Source of the DNA: an uncultured Chloroflexia bacterium
Lineage (GTDB): Bacteria; Chloroflexota; Limnocylindria; Limnocylindrales; CSP1-4
Assembly (NCBI GenBank): GCA_963752475.1
Contig: CAVVYR010000008.1
Span: forward strand, 192,001 to 256,000
Direction: 5' to 3'
Length of the DNA stretch: 64,000 nt
Part shown: positions 1 to 10,055 of the stretch, piece after piece
Layout: every line of letters begins with the position of its first letter
Numbering within the stretch: position 1 is the stretch's first letter
Made by a program: the position numbers and the translations under genes
Notes under the pieces: generated by a model
Databases searched by the model: none
What the model was told of the DNA's origin: nothing
The model's input: only the letters and a program-made list of their open reading frames with translations

Positions 1-147
1 GCACTGGAAGCCGCCCCTGACGCGCCCGTGCTGGCCGACGGGTTCAGTTGCCGCACACAGATCGAATCGCTTTCGGGCCGACGCGCGCGCCACCTCGCCG
101 AGGTGCTCGCCGAACGCCTGCCAGCAGAAGGGGATCCTGCGCCATGA
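1..147 (+). CDS. C-terminal fragment of an FAD-linked oxidase / Fe-S (CCG-domain) protein; 5' part lies outside the window
   Basis: Frame 1 reads ALEAAPDAPVLADGFSCRTQIESLSGRRARHLAEVLAERL...*. ADGFSCRxQI..HLAEVL is the typical end of GlcD/GlpC-type fusions. TGA overlaps the next ATG (ATGA at 144-147). Confidence 0.75.
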   Translation, partial: ALEAAPDAPVLADGFSCRTQIESLSGRRARHLAEVLAERLPAEGDPAP

Positions 148-638
148 GCCTGGAGCGTGCCCTTGCCCCGCTCGCTATCGCCGTTGCCGTCATCGCCCTG
201 GTGGTGTGGCTGCTGCTGATCAACGACGTCGCCCTTGGGCCATGGCTGCTGGCCGTGCTCGTCTTCGCCCATGGCTGGGTCCACCTCATGTTCGTCTTCC
301 CAAAGCCAAAGGGCCAGGGCAACTACGCGGGCGTGAGCGAGTACCCCTTCGACTTCGGTCGCTCGTGGCTCGTTCGCCGCCTGGGTCTCGACGCTGGGCT
401 GGTACGGACGATCGGCCTCGTGGTCATGGGAGCGACCTTCGCGTTCAGCCTGCTGGCGGCACTGGTGACCATCGGGGTCGTCATCCCGACTGACTGGTGG
501 GCCGGCCTGATGGTCGGGGCCGCAGCCGCCTCGAGCCTGATGCTGCTGCTCTTCTACTCGCCCGCGCTCATCCTGGGCTTCGGCATCGATGCCCTGATGG
601 TGGCCCTGGTCCTGAGCGGGGCCTGGAGCCCTTCCTAG
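144..638 (+). CDS. Hypothetical integral membrane protein
   Basis: ATGA-coupled start (MSLERALAP...), about 5 hydrophobic segments, HGWVH motif. Confidence 0.75.
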   Translation: MSLERALAPLAIAVAVIALVVWLLLINDVALGPWLLAVLVFAHGWVHLMFVFPKPKGQGNYAGVSEYPFDFGRSWLVRRLGLDAGLVRTIGLVVMGATFAFSLLAALVTIGVVIPTDWWAGLMVGAAAASSLMLLLFYSPALILGFGIDALMVALVLSGAWSPS

Positions 639-667
639 TCCCGACGGTCAGAGGGCTCTGATCCGAC

Positions 668-970
668 TCAGGATCGGTCCCGGATAGCATCGACGAGGCC
701 CGACTTGTCCATCGAGCTTCGTCCGTCGATGTCCAGCTCTCGTGCGCGGTTGTAGAGCTCGTCCCGCGTCCGCTCCTCGAGGGGCGTGTTGGGGTTGCCG
801 GTGCCCGAGGTCCGGGCGGACGGTGTCCGCCCCTCCTCGCGACGTTGCTTGTTCACGGTTCGCGCCGCGATCTCCTCTGCCTCATCCCCGGACCGGCCAC
901 GCTTCTGCGCACTCTCCTTGATGTGCTCGTACTGGCGCTCGTCCTTGTCACTCCACTCAGGCATCTCCAT
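668..970 (-). CDS. Small conserved protein with a C-terminal Rho-N-like helical motif
   Basis: KDERQYEHIKES..EEIAARTVNK and TRDELYNRARELDIDGRSSMDK; GGAGGAGG RBS. Confidence 0.8.
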   Translation of the reverse strand: MEMPEWSDKDERQYEHIKESAQKRGRSGDEAEEIAARTVNKQRREEGRTPSARTSGTGNPNTPLEERTRDELYNRARELDIDGRSSMDKSGLVDAIRDRS

Positions 971-1033
971 CCTCCTCCTGATGCGCCTCGCGTGAGCCCA
1001 CCCAAGCAGTCGCGAAACGGCACGGTCAACCTC

Positions 1034-1654
1034 CTAGGCCGCAGGCCCGTCGTCCCCGACGAGCAGCGGCTGTCCATAGGTGGTGACGTCGAGGCGGTCC
1101 ACGACCAGCGCCGGCTCGCCCTCGAACTCAGCGAAGATCTCCTCGTTCAGGACGATGCCGAACTCCTCGGCCATCTGGTCACGCTGGAACTCCTCGAGCC
1201 TGCCCGCGAACTGGACCACATTGCCGGCTTCATAGGTCTCGCCCACCGTCACGGGCAGGCTGCCGCCGGTGGCCAGGCCATAGCCACGGAGGAGTGCGTC
1301 GGGCGCGATGACCACGAGCACGTGGTCGGGCGCCAGGTCACTGCCCACGGCGAGCGCCCGGTCGGTCAGCAGCTCGTCGATGCGGCCGGTGAGCACGGCC
1401 TGCTCGCCGACCATCGACCCGCCCTCCGCAACCACATCGCTGACGCTGAGGTTGCGCGTCTCCTGCGCGTCGTCGCCGCTGGAGGCCAACCATAGGACGG
1501 CGGCCAGGATCACGACGAGCGTGCCGACGCCGGCGACCAGCAGCCAGATCGGGTTCAGGCCGCGCCAGCCAGCCGGCTGTGGCGGGATGCCCGCCTGATC
1601 GTGGCGGCCCTCGCTGGTCGTGGGTGCAGTCGGCGGAACTCCGTAGTTCGTCAT
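1034..1654 (-). CDS. Hypothetical single-pass membrane protein
   Basis: GGAGGA RBS, one TM segment, acidic extracellular domain. Confidence 0.7.
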   Translation of the reverse strand: MTNYGVPPTAPTTSEGRHDQAGIPPQPAGWRGLNPIWLLVAGVGTLVVILAAVLWLASSGDDAQETRNLSVSDVVAEGGSMVGEQAVLTGRIDELLTDRALAVGSDLAPDHVLVVIAPDALLRGYGLATGGSLPVTVGETYEAGNVVQFAGRLEEFQRDQMAEEFGIVLNEEIFAEFEGEPALVVDRLDVTTYGQPLLVGDDGPAA

Positions 1655-1816
1655 CGTTGGGTCCTCCAGTGGTATCGAGTTCAGCCATGCAGGTCACGAT
1701 GGTGCGCGTCACGACGCCGCGTTCGCGACATCACACCGGCGCGGTGCCTTGCAAGCGCGTGACAAGCAGCCCCACCCAGGGTCGAGCGCCCACGCGAGGA
1801 CGACCCCAGAGACGCC

Positions 1817-3148
1817 CTAGGCTCCAGCCTCGCCGGGCACGGTTCGGGGCTGCCGGCGCAGGCGCCCGAAGAAGCCGGTGTAGACGACCATCCCAAGCAC
1901 GAAGGTGAACGCCACCGTGCCCGCGAAGAACCAGAACGGCAGCGCCCGACCGGCTTCGTAGAGCGCACCCGAGAGCATCGTCGAGACGATGACGGCACTG
2001 GTCCCGACCGAGCCGTAGATGCCCTGCGCGAGCGCGGTTCGGCCCGCCGGTGACCCAGCCGCGACCATGGCGAACAGGGCCGTGCCCAGCATGGCCGCGA
2101 AGGCCGCCTCGATCGTGGCCGCTACCGCCGGCGTGACCGGGTCGGTCGAGAGAGCGAAGGTGATCCCGGCTCCGACCATCACGAGGCTGCCGGCGACCAC
2201 GAAGGGGATCGAGCCCCAGCGATCGACGAAGCGACCGAAGAGGGGCGCCAGGATCATCGAGGGCAGCCCGAGGAGCATGAAGGTGATACCGATCCAGGCC
2301 ACATCGGCCCCGAGGTCGATCATGAACAACGGCCACACCACGTCGTAGATGCCGAAGCTCAGCTGTAGGCCGAAGCCGACGATGACCGCCGCGATGAGCG
2401 TGCGATTGAAGACCGCGCGCAACGGCGCCTGCGTCGGTGGCCGGGGCTCGGGCTCGGCGTAGACACGCTCTGCCGCTGACGCATGGATGCCGGTCTTGGC
2501 CAGCGAGGACTCGGTCTCCTGGTCGCGGTGCACCAGGTCCGGCACGCGCGTGCGGGTCGCCGGGGCTCGCCACAGGAAGAGCGCCGAGACGAATCCCAGC
2601 AGGCCCATGAACACGAAGGGGAAGGTGTAGCCACCGAAGATCGAGGTGCCGAAGGCGCCGATGGCCGGGCCCAGCACGAAGCCGCCGTTCATGAAGGCGC
2701 TGAAGTAGCCGAAGGCCTGGCCGCGGGTCCCTGGGTCGGTGGCGTCCACGAGCTCGCCGCGAGCCGCCGGTCCGAACATGCCACTGGCGATGCCGGCGAT
2801 GAAGCGCAGCAGGAACAGCTCCACCGACGAGGTGAAGACGAGCATGAGGATGCTGGTGATGCCCACGATCAGCAGCGCCACCACCATCTGTGGCCTGCGC
2901 GAGTAGCGGTCGGCCAGCCAACCGAACGGCGGCTCGGCGATCAGTCGGCCGATGGCCCAGCCGGAGATGATGATGCCGATACTGGCGGGGCTGATGCCCT
3001 GCGACTGCACGTACAGCGAGAGCACCGGGATCATGGCCCCGAAGCCGAGCATGACGATGCTCGTCGCCACCATCAGCGGCAGCAACGGTCCCCAGCGTCT
3101 GAGCCATGCGGAACCACGGGCGCGCACTCGCGCGCGGATGTCGGGCAT
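1817..3148 (-). CDS. MFS transporter (DHA1/TetA-like)
   Basis: 12 hydrophobic segments; GWLADRYSRR and GRFVDRWG motif-A copies; GPAIG motif. Confidence 0.9.
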   Translation of the reverse strand: MPDIRARVRARGSAWLRRWGPLLPLMVATSIVMLGFGAMIPVLSLYVQSQGISPASIGIIISGWAIGRLIAEPPFGWLADRYSRRPQMVVALLIVGITSILMLVFTSSVELFLLRFIAGIASGMFGPAARGELVDATDPGTRGQAFGYFSAFMNGGFVLGPAIGAFGTSIFGGYTFPFVFMGLLGFVSALFLWRAPATRTRVPDLVHRDQETESSLAKTGIHASAAERVYAEPEPRPPTQAPLRAVFNRTLIAAVIVGFGLQLSFGIYDVVWPLFMIDLGADVAWIGITFMLLGLPSMILAPLFGRFVDRWGSIPFVVAGSLVMVGAGITFALSTDPVTPAVAATIEAAFAAMLGTALFAMVAAGSPAGRTALAQGIYGSVGTSAVIVSTMLSGALYEAGRALPFWFFAGTVAFTFVLGMVVYTGFFGRLRRQPRTVPGEAGA

Positions 3149-3281
3149 CGCGATCGACTCTAGCGACCGCCCGAGGCGGCCCCTCCTGCCGAGCGTCGTC
3201 CTGCGACGGGCGCATCAGCCCATCGTCTTGGCTACTATCCCCTGACGCACCCAGCGTCCCCTCAGCCCAGAGGAACCGCGC

Positions 3282-4358
3282 ATGCCCTTGGTCGCCCACA
3301 ACGCGTTGCCCACGTTCGAGCGTCTGCGCGCGGAAGGCGAGGATGTGCTCAGCGTCGAGCGCGCGGAGCACCAGGACATCCGCGAGCTGCACGTGGGCCT
3401 GCTGAACATGATGCCGGACGCTGCCCTGCTGGTGACCGAGAAGCAGTACATGCGCCTCATCGGCGCCTGCAACCGCATCACGCAGATCTACGTCTATCCC
3501 TTCAGCGTGCCCGGCCTCGCCCGCAGTCAGGACACACTGGCCCACATCGAGGCCTTCTACGCTGACTTCGATTCGCTCAAAGGGCGCGGCCTCGACGCGC
3601 TCATCATCAGTGGCGCCAACGTGACCAACCCTTCGATCGACCTGGAGCCCTTCTGGGAGCCGCTACAGGACGTCATCGAGTGGGCCGCCGACCACGTCAC
3701 GAGCATCCTCTGCTCCTGCCTCGCGACCCACGCCCTGGTCAAGCATCTCTATGGCATCGACCGCCGCCCGTTCCCGCAGAAGCTGTGGGGCGTCTACCGC
3801 CACCGGGTGTGCGATCGCACCCACCCGCTGACGCAGGACGTGAACACCCGCTTCGATGCCCCGCACTCCCGCTGGAACGACATCCCGCGCGAGGAGTGGG
3901 ACGGCGCGGGCCTGCGCGTGCTGGCGGAGTCGGAGGTCGCCGGCGTGCATCTGGCCACCAGCGCCGACGGCTTCCGCATCGTCTACTTCCAGGGTCATCC
4001 CGAATACGACCGCAACTCACTGCTCAAGGAGTACAAACGCGAGGTCGGTCGCTTCCTCGCGGGCGAGGTGCCCGAGCCTCCGCCGTACCCTGAGCACTAC
4101 TTCACGCCAGAGTCCGAAGGTCTGGCACAGTCCTATCTCCGCGACGCCCTCGCCGCCCAGGCCCATGGCGAGGATGATCCGGGGTTCCCGGAGGCGAGTA
4201 TCGACGACTTCCTGGACAACACCTGGGGGGACACGGGCCGCGCGCTCTTCAACAACTGGCTGGGGCTGGTCTACCAGCTCACCGGCCTCGACCGACAGGA
4301 GCCATTCATGCCCGGCATCGATCCCGATGATCCGCTGGGCCTCGGCCGCCACGCCTAG
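3282..4358 (+). CDS. metA: Homoserine O-acyltransferase (MetA family)
   Basis: HQDIRELHVGLLNMMP, SCLA nucleophile Cys, PHSRW, QGHPEYD. Confidence 0.93.
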   Translation: MPLVAHNALPTFERLRAEGEDVLSVERAEHQDIRELHVGLLNMMPDAALLVTEKQYMRLIGACNRITQIYVYPFSVPGLARSQDTLAHIEAFYADFDSLKGRGLDALIISGANVTNPSIDLEPFWEPLQDVIEWAADHVTSILCSCLATHALVKHLYGIDRRPFPQKLWGVYRHRVCDRTHPLTQDVNTRFDAPHSRWNDIPREEWDGAGLRVLAESEVAGVHLATSADGFRIVYFQGHPEYDRNSLLKEYKREVGRFLAGEVPEPPPYPEHYFTPESEGLAQSYLRDALAAQAHGEDDPGFPEASIDDFLDNTWGDTGRALFNNWLGLVYQLTGLDRQEPFMPGIDPDDPLGLGRHA

Positions 4359-4387
4359 CAGCTCGACAGCAGAGCAGGAGGACCCCC

Positions 4388-5665
4388 ATGAGAGACGAGA
4401 CCCTGGCCATCCACGCCGGGTACGAGACCGACCCCACGACGAAGTCGGTGGCCGTGCCCATCTACCAGACCGTAGCCTACGAGTTCGATGACGCCCAGCA
4501 CGGCGCCGACCTCTTCAACCTTGAGGTCGCGGGCAACATCTACACCCGCATCATGAACCCCACCGCTGACGTGCTCGAACAGCGCGTAGCGGCACTCGAG
4601 GGCGGCATCGCCGGCCTGGCTCTGTCGGCCGGCTCGGCAGCCATCAACTACTCGATCCTGACCATCGCCAAGGCCGGCGCCAACATCGTCAGCGTGCCCC
4701 AGCTCTACGGCGGCACCTACACGCTGTTCGCACACATGCTCCCGGCGCAGGGCATCGATGTCCGCTTCGCGGAGGACGACTCGCCCGAGGCGCTCGAGAA
4801 GCTGATCGACGGGGCGACCGCCGCGGTCTTCCTCGAGTCCATCGGCAACCCTGCTGGCAACATCGCCGACATCGAGGGCATCGCCCAGATGGCGCACAGC
4901 CACGGCGTGCCCGTCATCGTCGATGCGACCGTCTCGACGCCGTACCTGACCAAGTCCATCGAGTGGGGCGCGGACATCGTCATCCACTCCCTGACCAAGT
5001 ACATCGGCGGCCACGGCAACTCGCTCGGTGGCATGATCGTCGACGCGGGCAAGTTCGACTGGGCCGCCCACAGCGATCGCTATCCGATGCTGACCGACCC
5101 CGAGCCCGCCTACCACGGCGTGCAGTACACGGAGACCTTCGGCCCGGCCGCGTTCATCGCCCGAGCGCGAACCGTGCCGCTGCGCAACACGGGCTCGGCC
5201 ATCAGCCCCTTGAACGCGTTCCTCATCCTGCAGGGCATCCAGACCCTGCCGGTGCGCATGGAGCGTCACGTGGAGAACGCCAAGGCCGTGGCGGCCCACC
5301 TCAAGGACCACCCGCAGGTCGAGTGGGTCAGCTACGCCGGCCTGCCGGACTCCCCGTACTACGAGCTGGCGCAGAAGTACACGAACGGCAAGCCCTCGGG
5401 CCTGCTCAGCTTCGGTGTCAAGGGCGGCTACGAGAACGGCGTCAAGTTCTACGACGCGCTGAAGGTCTTCAAGCGCCTCGTCAACATCGGCGACGTCAAG
5501 TCGCTGGCGGCGCATCCGGCCTCCACGACACATCGCCAGATGACGCCGGAAGAGCAGCAGCAGGCCGGGGTCACGCCGGACCTCATCCGTCTGTGCATCG
5601 GCATCGAGCACATCGACGACATCATCGAGGACATCGACCAGGCACTCGAAACCTCGGCCAAGTAA
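4388..5665 (+). CDS. metY: O-acetylhomoserine aminocarboxypropyltransferase (sulfhydrylase)
   Basis: PIYQT, NIYTRIMNPT, HSLTKYIGGHG (PLP Lys), NIGDVKSLAAHPASTTHRQ. Confidence 0.95.
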   Translation: MRDETLAIHAGYETDPTTKSVAVPIYQTVAYEFDDAQHGADLFNLEVAGNIYTRIMNPTADVLEQRVAALEGGIAGLALSAGSAAINYSILTIAKAGANIVSVPQLYGGTYTLFAHMLPAQGIDVRFAEDDSPEALEKLIDGATAAVFLESIGNPAGNIADIEGIAQMAHSHGVPVIVDATVSTPYLTKSIEWGADIVIHSLTKYIGGHGNSLGGMIVDAGKFDWAAHSDRYPMLTDPEPAYHGVQYTETFGPAAFIARARTVPLRNTGSAISPLNAFLILQGIQTLPVRMERHVENAKAVAAHLKDHPQVEWVSYAGLPDSPYYELAQKYTNGKPSGLLSFGVKGGYENGVKFYDALKVFKRLVNIGDVKSLAAHPASTTHRQMTPEEQQQAGVTPDLIRLCIGIEHIDDIIEDIDQALETSAK

Positions 5666-5677
5666 CCCTCGCATCCG

Positions 5678-5712
5678 AGCGACCGCGGCCCGACACCTGG
5701 GCCGCGGTCGCT
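5678..5712 (+). terminator. GC-rich hairpin after metY, probable terminator
   Basis: AGCGACCGCGGCCC-gacacct-GGGCCGCGGTCGCT, perfect 14-bp stem; weak U tail. Confidence 0.6.
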
Positions 5713-5943
5713 TGATTCGTCGACTCCGATCTCGACCTGCTCGACGGCGACGGCGAGACGCCGCTCACCGGCCAAACCTCCCTCGCCCGACTGCTTCGCG
5801 TCCTGACCCACGGGCACTCGGGTCGGCCGGACCTGAAGGTTCGATAGAAAGCGATTTCGACGGGTACCGGTGTGCTAACGTGCCCCCTCAAAGGAGGTCG
5901 GCTAGAGGGACGCCGCCGACCCAGTTGTGGAGGAACTCATCGG

Positions 5944-6978
5944 ATGACCCGTTTCAAGGTCGCAGGTTCAGTCGTGCTCTCCGGCGCATTGGTCGCCGGC
6001 TTCGCCGGCACCGCCGTGGCGCAGGAGGCGGAGGACGAGCTGGTCGTCCTGTGCACGCCGCAGGAGCAGTGGTGCGTACGCATGGTGGAGGAGTTCGAGA
6101 GCCAGACCGGCATCCCCACGAGCTACGTGCGCATGTCCTCGGGCGAGTCCCTGGCACGCCTACGGGCCGGGGCCGAGGCTCCCGAATTCGACGTCTGGTG
6201 GGGCGGCCCCGCCGACGGCCAGATCGCAGCCAACGAAGAAGGCCTCATCGAGCCGTACATCTCCCCCAACGCGGCCGTCGTGGCCGACGAGCAGAAGGAC
6301 GCGGACGGCGTCTGGACCGGCGTCTACGTCGGCGCTCTCGGTCTGTGTGTCAACACCAGCGTGGTCGAGGAACTCGGCATCGAGATGCCGGAGACCTGGG
6401 ACGACCTGCTGGACCCGGCGTATGAAGACAACATCGCCATGGCCCACCCCGCCAGCTCGGGCACGGCCTACACCACCTTCTTCACGCAGGTACTCCGCCT
6501 CGGCAGCGAAGAGGCCGCCATGGAGTACGCCAAGGCACTGCATCCGAACATCCTGCAGTACACCAAGTCCGGCTCGGCCTCGGGCCCGATGGCCGGCCGT
6601 GGTGAGATCGCCGTGTCGATCATCTTCAGCCACGACTGCATCGCCAACATCGACGAGGGCTACGAGGATCTCGCGGTCGTCTTCCCCGCAGACGGAACGG
6701 GCTACGAAATCGGTGCGGAGGCGCTCATCGCCAACGCGCCGCACCCGAACAATGCCAAGACCTGGATCGATTGGGCGTTGCAGGCTGATACGCAGTCGAT
6801 CGGCCCGGAGGTTCGCGCCTTCCAGCTGCCGACCAACCCGGAGGCTGAGGTCAGCGAGTTCGCAGTCGACATCTCGCAGGTCAACCTGGTCGACTACGAC
6901 TTCCAGGCCGCTGGTGAGGCACGCACGCGCTTGACTCAGCAGTTCGAGGACGAAGTCGCCGCTGCTCCCGAGGAGTAG
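5944..6978 (+). CDS. ABC transporter substrate-binding protein, AfuA/FbpA-like
   Basis: Signal peptide, DVWWGG, MAHPASSGTAYT, QYTKSG, FSHD, GTGYEIG; GGAGGA RBS before ATG 5944. Confidence 0.9.
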   Translation: MTRFKVAGSVVLSGALVAGFAGTAVAQEAEDELVVLCTPQEQWCVRMVEEFESQTGIPTSYVRMSSGESLARLRAGAEAPEFDVWWGGPADGQIAANEEGLIEPYISPNAAVVADEQKDADGVWTGVYVGALGLCVNTSVVEELGIEMPETWDDLLDPAYEDNIAMAHPASSGTAYTTFFTQVLRLGSEEAAMEYAKALHPNILQYTKSGSASGPMAGRGEIAVSIIFSHDCIANIDEGYEDLAVVFPADGTGYEIGAEALIANAPHPNNAKTWIDWALQADTQSIGPEVRAFQLPTNPEAEVSEFAVDISQVNLVDYDFQAAGEARTRLTQQFEDEVAAAPEE

Positions 6979-6990
6979 CCCGGCACTCGC

Positions 6991-7072
6991 GCTCACGAGC
7001 ATCGCCGCTACTGCTGTGCTCGTGAGCCCCAGCAGCACACGGGCGGGGTCGGGTCGAACCCGGCCTCGTCCT
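6991..7072 (+). other. Two intercistronic hairpins between binding-protein and permease genes (likely mRNA-stabilising or attenuating)
   Basis: GCTCACGAGCA...TGCTCGTGAGC and GGGCGGGGTCGGGT-cga-ACCCGGCCTCGTCC. Confidence 0.5.
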
Positions 7073-7085
7073 TCTACGTGAGCGC

Positions 7086-8915
7086 ATGACCGAGACCGCA
7101 CCCCGCCCCGAAGTCAAGGACGCCGCCCTCGGCCGCGCCCTGCCCGAGGGATTCCCGGACGACGAAGCCGGACCCAAGGGCGGCCGGCGCGCCTTCGACC
7201 CCATCGTCATCGCGGCCATCCTCGTGTCGGTCGCCTTCGTGCTCATCGCCATCGTCTACCCGGTGGGCTCGGTCATCCGCGAAGCGCTCTCACCCGACGC
7301 CATCCCCGTCTTCGAGCGCTATCTCACGACCGTCCAGAACGAGATCTTCGTCAACACCATGGTCCTGGGCCTGGCGGTGGCCAGCCTGGGCACGTTCATC
7401 GCCTTCATGTTCGCCTATGTCCAGGTTCGGGTGCCCAAGCCGCGCTGGGTCCAGATGCTCATCCACGTGATGGCGCTGCTACCCATCGTCAGCCCACCCT
7501 TCGCCCTGGCCGTGGCCACCATCAGCCTCTTCGGCCGTAGCGGCATCATCACGCGCGACATCCTGGGCCTCCGCGTCGACATCTACTCCTGGCCCGACGT
7601 GGCCATCCCCATCGTCGACATCCAGGTGCCACCGTTCGGTCTCACCGCGGTCATGGCCCTGACCTTCTTCCCCATCGCCTACATCATGCTCATGGGCATG
7701 ATGCGGGCCCTGGACCCGTCGCTGGGTGAAGCCGCCGCCAACCTCGGTGCCTCGAAGTGGCGGACCTTCCGCAAGGTGGAGCTGCCGCTGCTGGCGCCGG
7801 GTATCGCCTCGGCCTTCCTGCTGCTCTTCGTGGAGGCCCTCGCCGACCTGGGCAACCCGCTCGTGCTCGGCGGCGACTACTGGGTGCTGGCGAGCCGCAT
7901 GTACATCGCCATCATCGGCCAGTACGACCTGACAGCCGGCTCGGTGCTGGCGGTGATGCTGCTGGTGCCCGCGCTCATCGTCTACTTCGCGCACCGCTAC
8001 TTCGCCAACAAGGCCTCGGTGGTGTCGGTCTCGGGCAAGCCCAGCGGCAGACACTCCGAGATCAAGAGCCGCTGGGTCCGCTGGCTGCTGCTCGGCAGCG
8101 TGCTGGCGGTGGTGGCTCTGGTCATCGCGCTCTACGGCACCATCGTGCTCGGCTCCTTCACCAAGCTCCTCGGCGTCAACCACGAATTCACGCTCGAGCA
8201 TTGGCGGTCGATCCTGTTCGGCTACGGCACCAAGGCCGTGACCGACACAGTCACGCTGTCGGCCATCGCGACGCCGATAGCCGGCGTACTCGGTGTGGTC
8301 GTGGCCTTCCTGGTCGTGCGTCGCCGGTTCTTGGGTCGCGGCGCGCTCGACTTCGGCGTCATGCTCGGCATCGCCATCCCCGGCACCATCTTCGGCATCG
8401 GCTACCTGCTGGCCTTCAACACGCCCACAGAGATCGCCGGCTTCACCATCATCCCCAAGCTGACCGGTGGCGCGGCGATGCTGGGTGGCGCCATCGCCAT
8501 CGCCATGGTCTACGTGGTGCGCTCGGCCCCGGGTGGGTTGCGCACCGGCGTGGCCTCGCTCTCGCAGATCGATCCGACCATCGAGGAAGCGTCGACCTCA
8601 TTGGGCGCGAACCAGGCCACGACCTTCCGCCGCATCACGCTGCCGCTCATCCGACCCGCCTTCCTGGCCGGGCTCATCTACTCGTTCGCTCGATCGATGA
8701 CCGCCATCAGCGCCGTCATCTTCCTGACCACGCCCAAGGTGCGCGTCATGACCGCGCAGATCCTCAACGAAACGGAGAACGCGCGCTACGGCAACGCCTT
8801 CGCCTACTCCGTACTGCTCATCCTCATCGTGCTCGCTGCGATCGGCATCCTGTCGCTCGTGGTCGGGACACGCACAGGGGCTGAGCAGGCCAGCGAATCA
8901 GGAGGCACCCGATGA
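7086..8915 (+). CDS. ABC transporter permease (AfuB/FbpB-like, two fused halves)
   Basis: Two EAA loops (EAAANLGA, EEASTSLGA), about 12 TM segments. Confidence 0.92.
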   Translation: MTETAPRPEVKDAALGRALPEGFPDDEAGPKGGRRAFDPIVIAAILVSVAFVLIAIVYPVGSVIREALSPDAIPVFERYLTTVQNEIFVNTMVLGLAVASLGTFIAFMFAYVQVRVPKPRWVQMLIHVMALLPIVSPPFALAVATISLFGRSGIITRDILGLRVDIYSWPDVAIPIVDIQVPPFGLTAVMALTFFPIAYIMLMGMMRALDPSLGEAAANLGASKWRTFRKVELPLLAPGIASAFLLLFVEALADLGNPLVLGGDYWVLASRMYIAIIGQYDLTAGSVLAVMLLVPALIVYFAHRYFANKASVVSVSGKPSGRHSEIKSRWVRWLLLGSVLAVVALVIALYGTIVLGSFTKLLGVNHEFTLEHWRSILFGYGTKAVTDTVTLSAIATPIAGVLGVVVAFLVVRRRFLGRGALDFGVMLGIAIPGTIFGIGYLLAFNTPTEIAGFTIIPKLTGGAAMLGGAIAIAMVYVVRSAPGGLRTGVASLSQIDPTIEEASTSLGANQATTFRRITLPLIRPAFLAGLIYSFARSMTAISAVIFLTTPKVRVMTAQILNETENARYGNAFAYSVLLILIVLAAIGILSLVVGTRTGAEQASESGGTR

Positions 8916-10051
8916 CAGCCACGGCCCAGACCCGACGCGACGCGAGCGCGCCCGCGACCGTCCTGCTCGACCGGCTGTCCAAGCACTTCAAGTCGCCCGA
9001 GGGATCGATCATCAAGGCCGTCGACGACATCACCATCGAGCTCGCCGGTGGCAGCTTCGTGACGCTGCTGGGGCCTTCGGGCTGTGGCAAGACCACCACG
9101 CTGCGCATGATCGCCGGGTTCGAAGTCCCGACCACCGGACGCATCATGGTCGACGACCGTGACATCGCCCGGCTCACGCCGGACAAGCGCGGCATGGGCA
9201 TGGTCTTCCAGTCGTACGCCCTCTTCCCGCACCTCACGGTGCATGACAACGTGGCCTTCGGCGTGCAGCTGCAGGGCAAGAAGGGCAAGGATCTGGAACA
9301 GGCCGTCGAGAACGCCCTGGACCTGGTCAACCTCCACGGTCTCGGCGGGCGCAAGATCGCCGAGCTCTCCGGCGGCCAGCAGCAGCGCGTGGCACTGGCG
9401 CGGGCCATGGCCATCGAACCTCGCGTGCTGCTCTTCGACGAGCCACTCTCCAACCTCGACGCCAAGCTCCGAGTCTCGTTGCGCTCGGAGATCCGCCGCA
9501 TCCAGCGGGCCCTGGGCACGACATCGGTGTACGTCACGCACGACCAGGCCGAGGCCATGGCGCTATCGGATGTCGTGGTCGTCATGAACGCCGGCCAGAT
9601 CGAGCAGGCCGGAGCGCCAGATGAGATCTATCGCCGGCCGGCATCGCGCTTCGTGGCCGACTTCATCGGCCGAGCCAACTTCCTGAGCGGCGAGGTCCTT
9701 GCGGTCGACGGCGACAACGTCGAAGTCTCCCTTCTGGGAACGAACCTGACCATCCCCGCCGGCGAGGGCCACAAGCCCGGTGGTACGGCCGTCGTCGTGA
9801 CTCGGCCCGAGTCGGTGCGCATCGCTGAGGGCGAGCTGCGTGCCAAGGTCAAGGGCAGCACCTTCCTCGGCTCCTACGTCGAATACGAGCTCGAGCTGGG
9901 CGATGGACAGGACAACATGCTCGCGGTCGACGCCGAGTGGATGTCGCACGGTCTCCACCAGCCAGGCGATGACATCGCCTGGGCGCTGTTCCCTGAGCGA
10001 ACGTACGCCCTCCCGGCCGGCGCCGAGCACGAGGTCATCGCGAAGGAGTAG
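8912..10051 (+). CDS. ABC transporter ATP-binding protein with TOBE domain
   Basis: GPSGCGKT, LSGGQQQR, FDEPLSNLD. Confidence 0.95.
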   Translation: MTATAQTRRDASAPATVLLDRLSKHFKSPEGSIIKAVDDITIELAGGSFVTLLGPSGCGKTTTLRMIAGFEVPTTGRIMVDDRDIARLTPDKRGMGMVFQSYALFPHLTVHDNVAFGVQLQGKKGKDLEQAVENALDLVNLHGLGGRKIAELSGGQQQRVALARAMAIEPRVLLFDEPLSNLDAKLRVSLRSEIRRIQRALGTTSVYVTHDQAEAMALSDVVVVMNAGQIEQAGAPDEIYRRPASRFVADFIGRANFLSGEVLAVDGDNVEVSLLGTNLTIPAGEGHKPGGTAVVVTRPESVRIAEGELRAKVKGSTFLGSYVEYELELGDGQDNMLAVDAEWMSHGLHQPGDDIAWALFPERTYALPAGAEHEVIAKE

Positions 10052-10055
10052 CCGC

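Noticed and set aside
3149-3281. SAM riboswitch or T-box upstream of metA
   Set aside because: Only 133 bp shared with a divergent gene and no recognisable core motifs
1731-5674. Long antisense or alternate-frame ORFs (1731-3545, 4355-5674; likewise 11478-13265, 24684-26084, 42282-44123, 60022-61278)
   Set aside because: Shadow ORFs expected from high GC3; they overlap well-supported genes and carry no motifs
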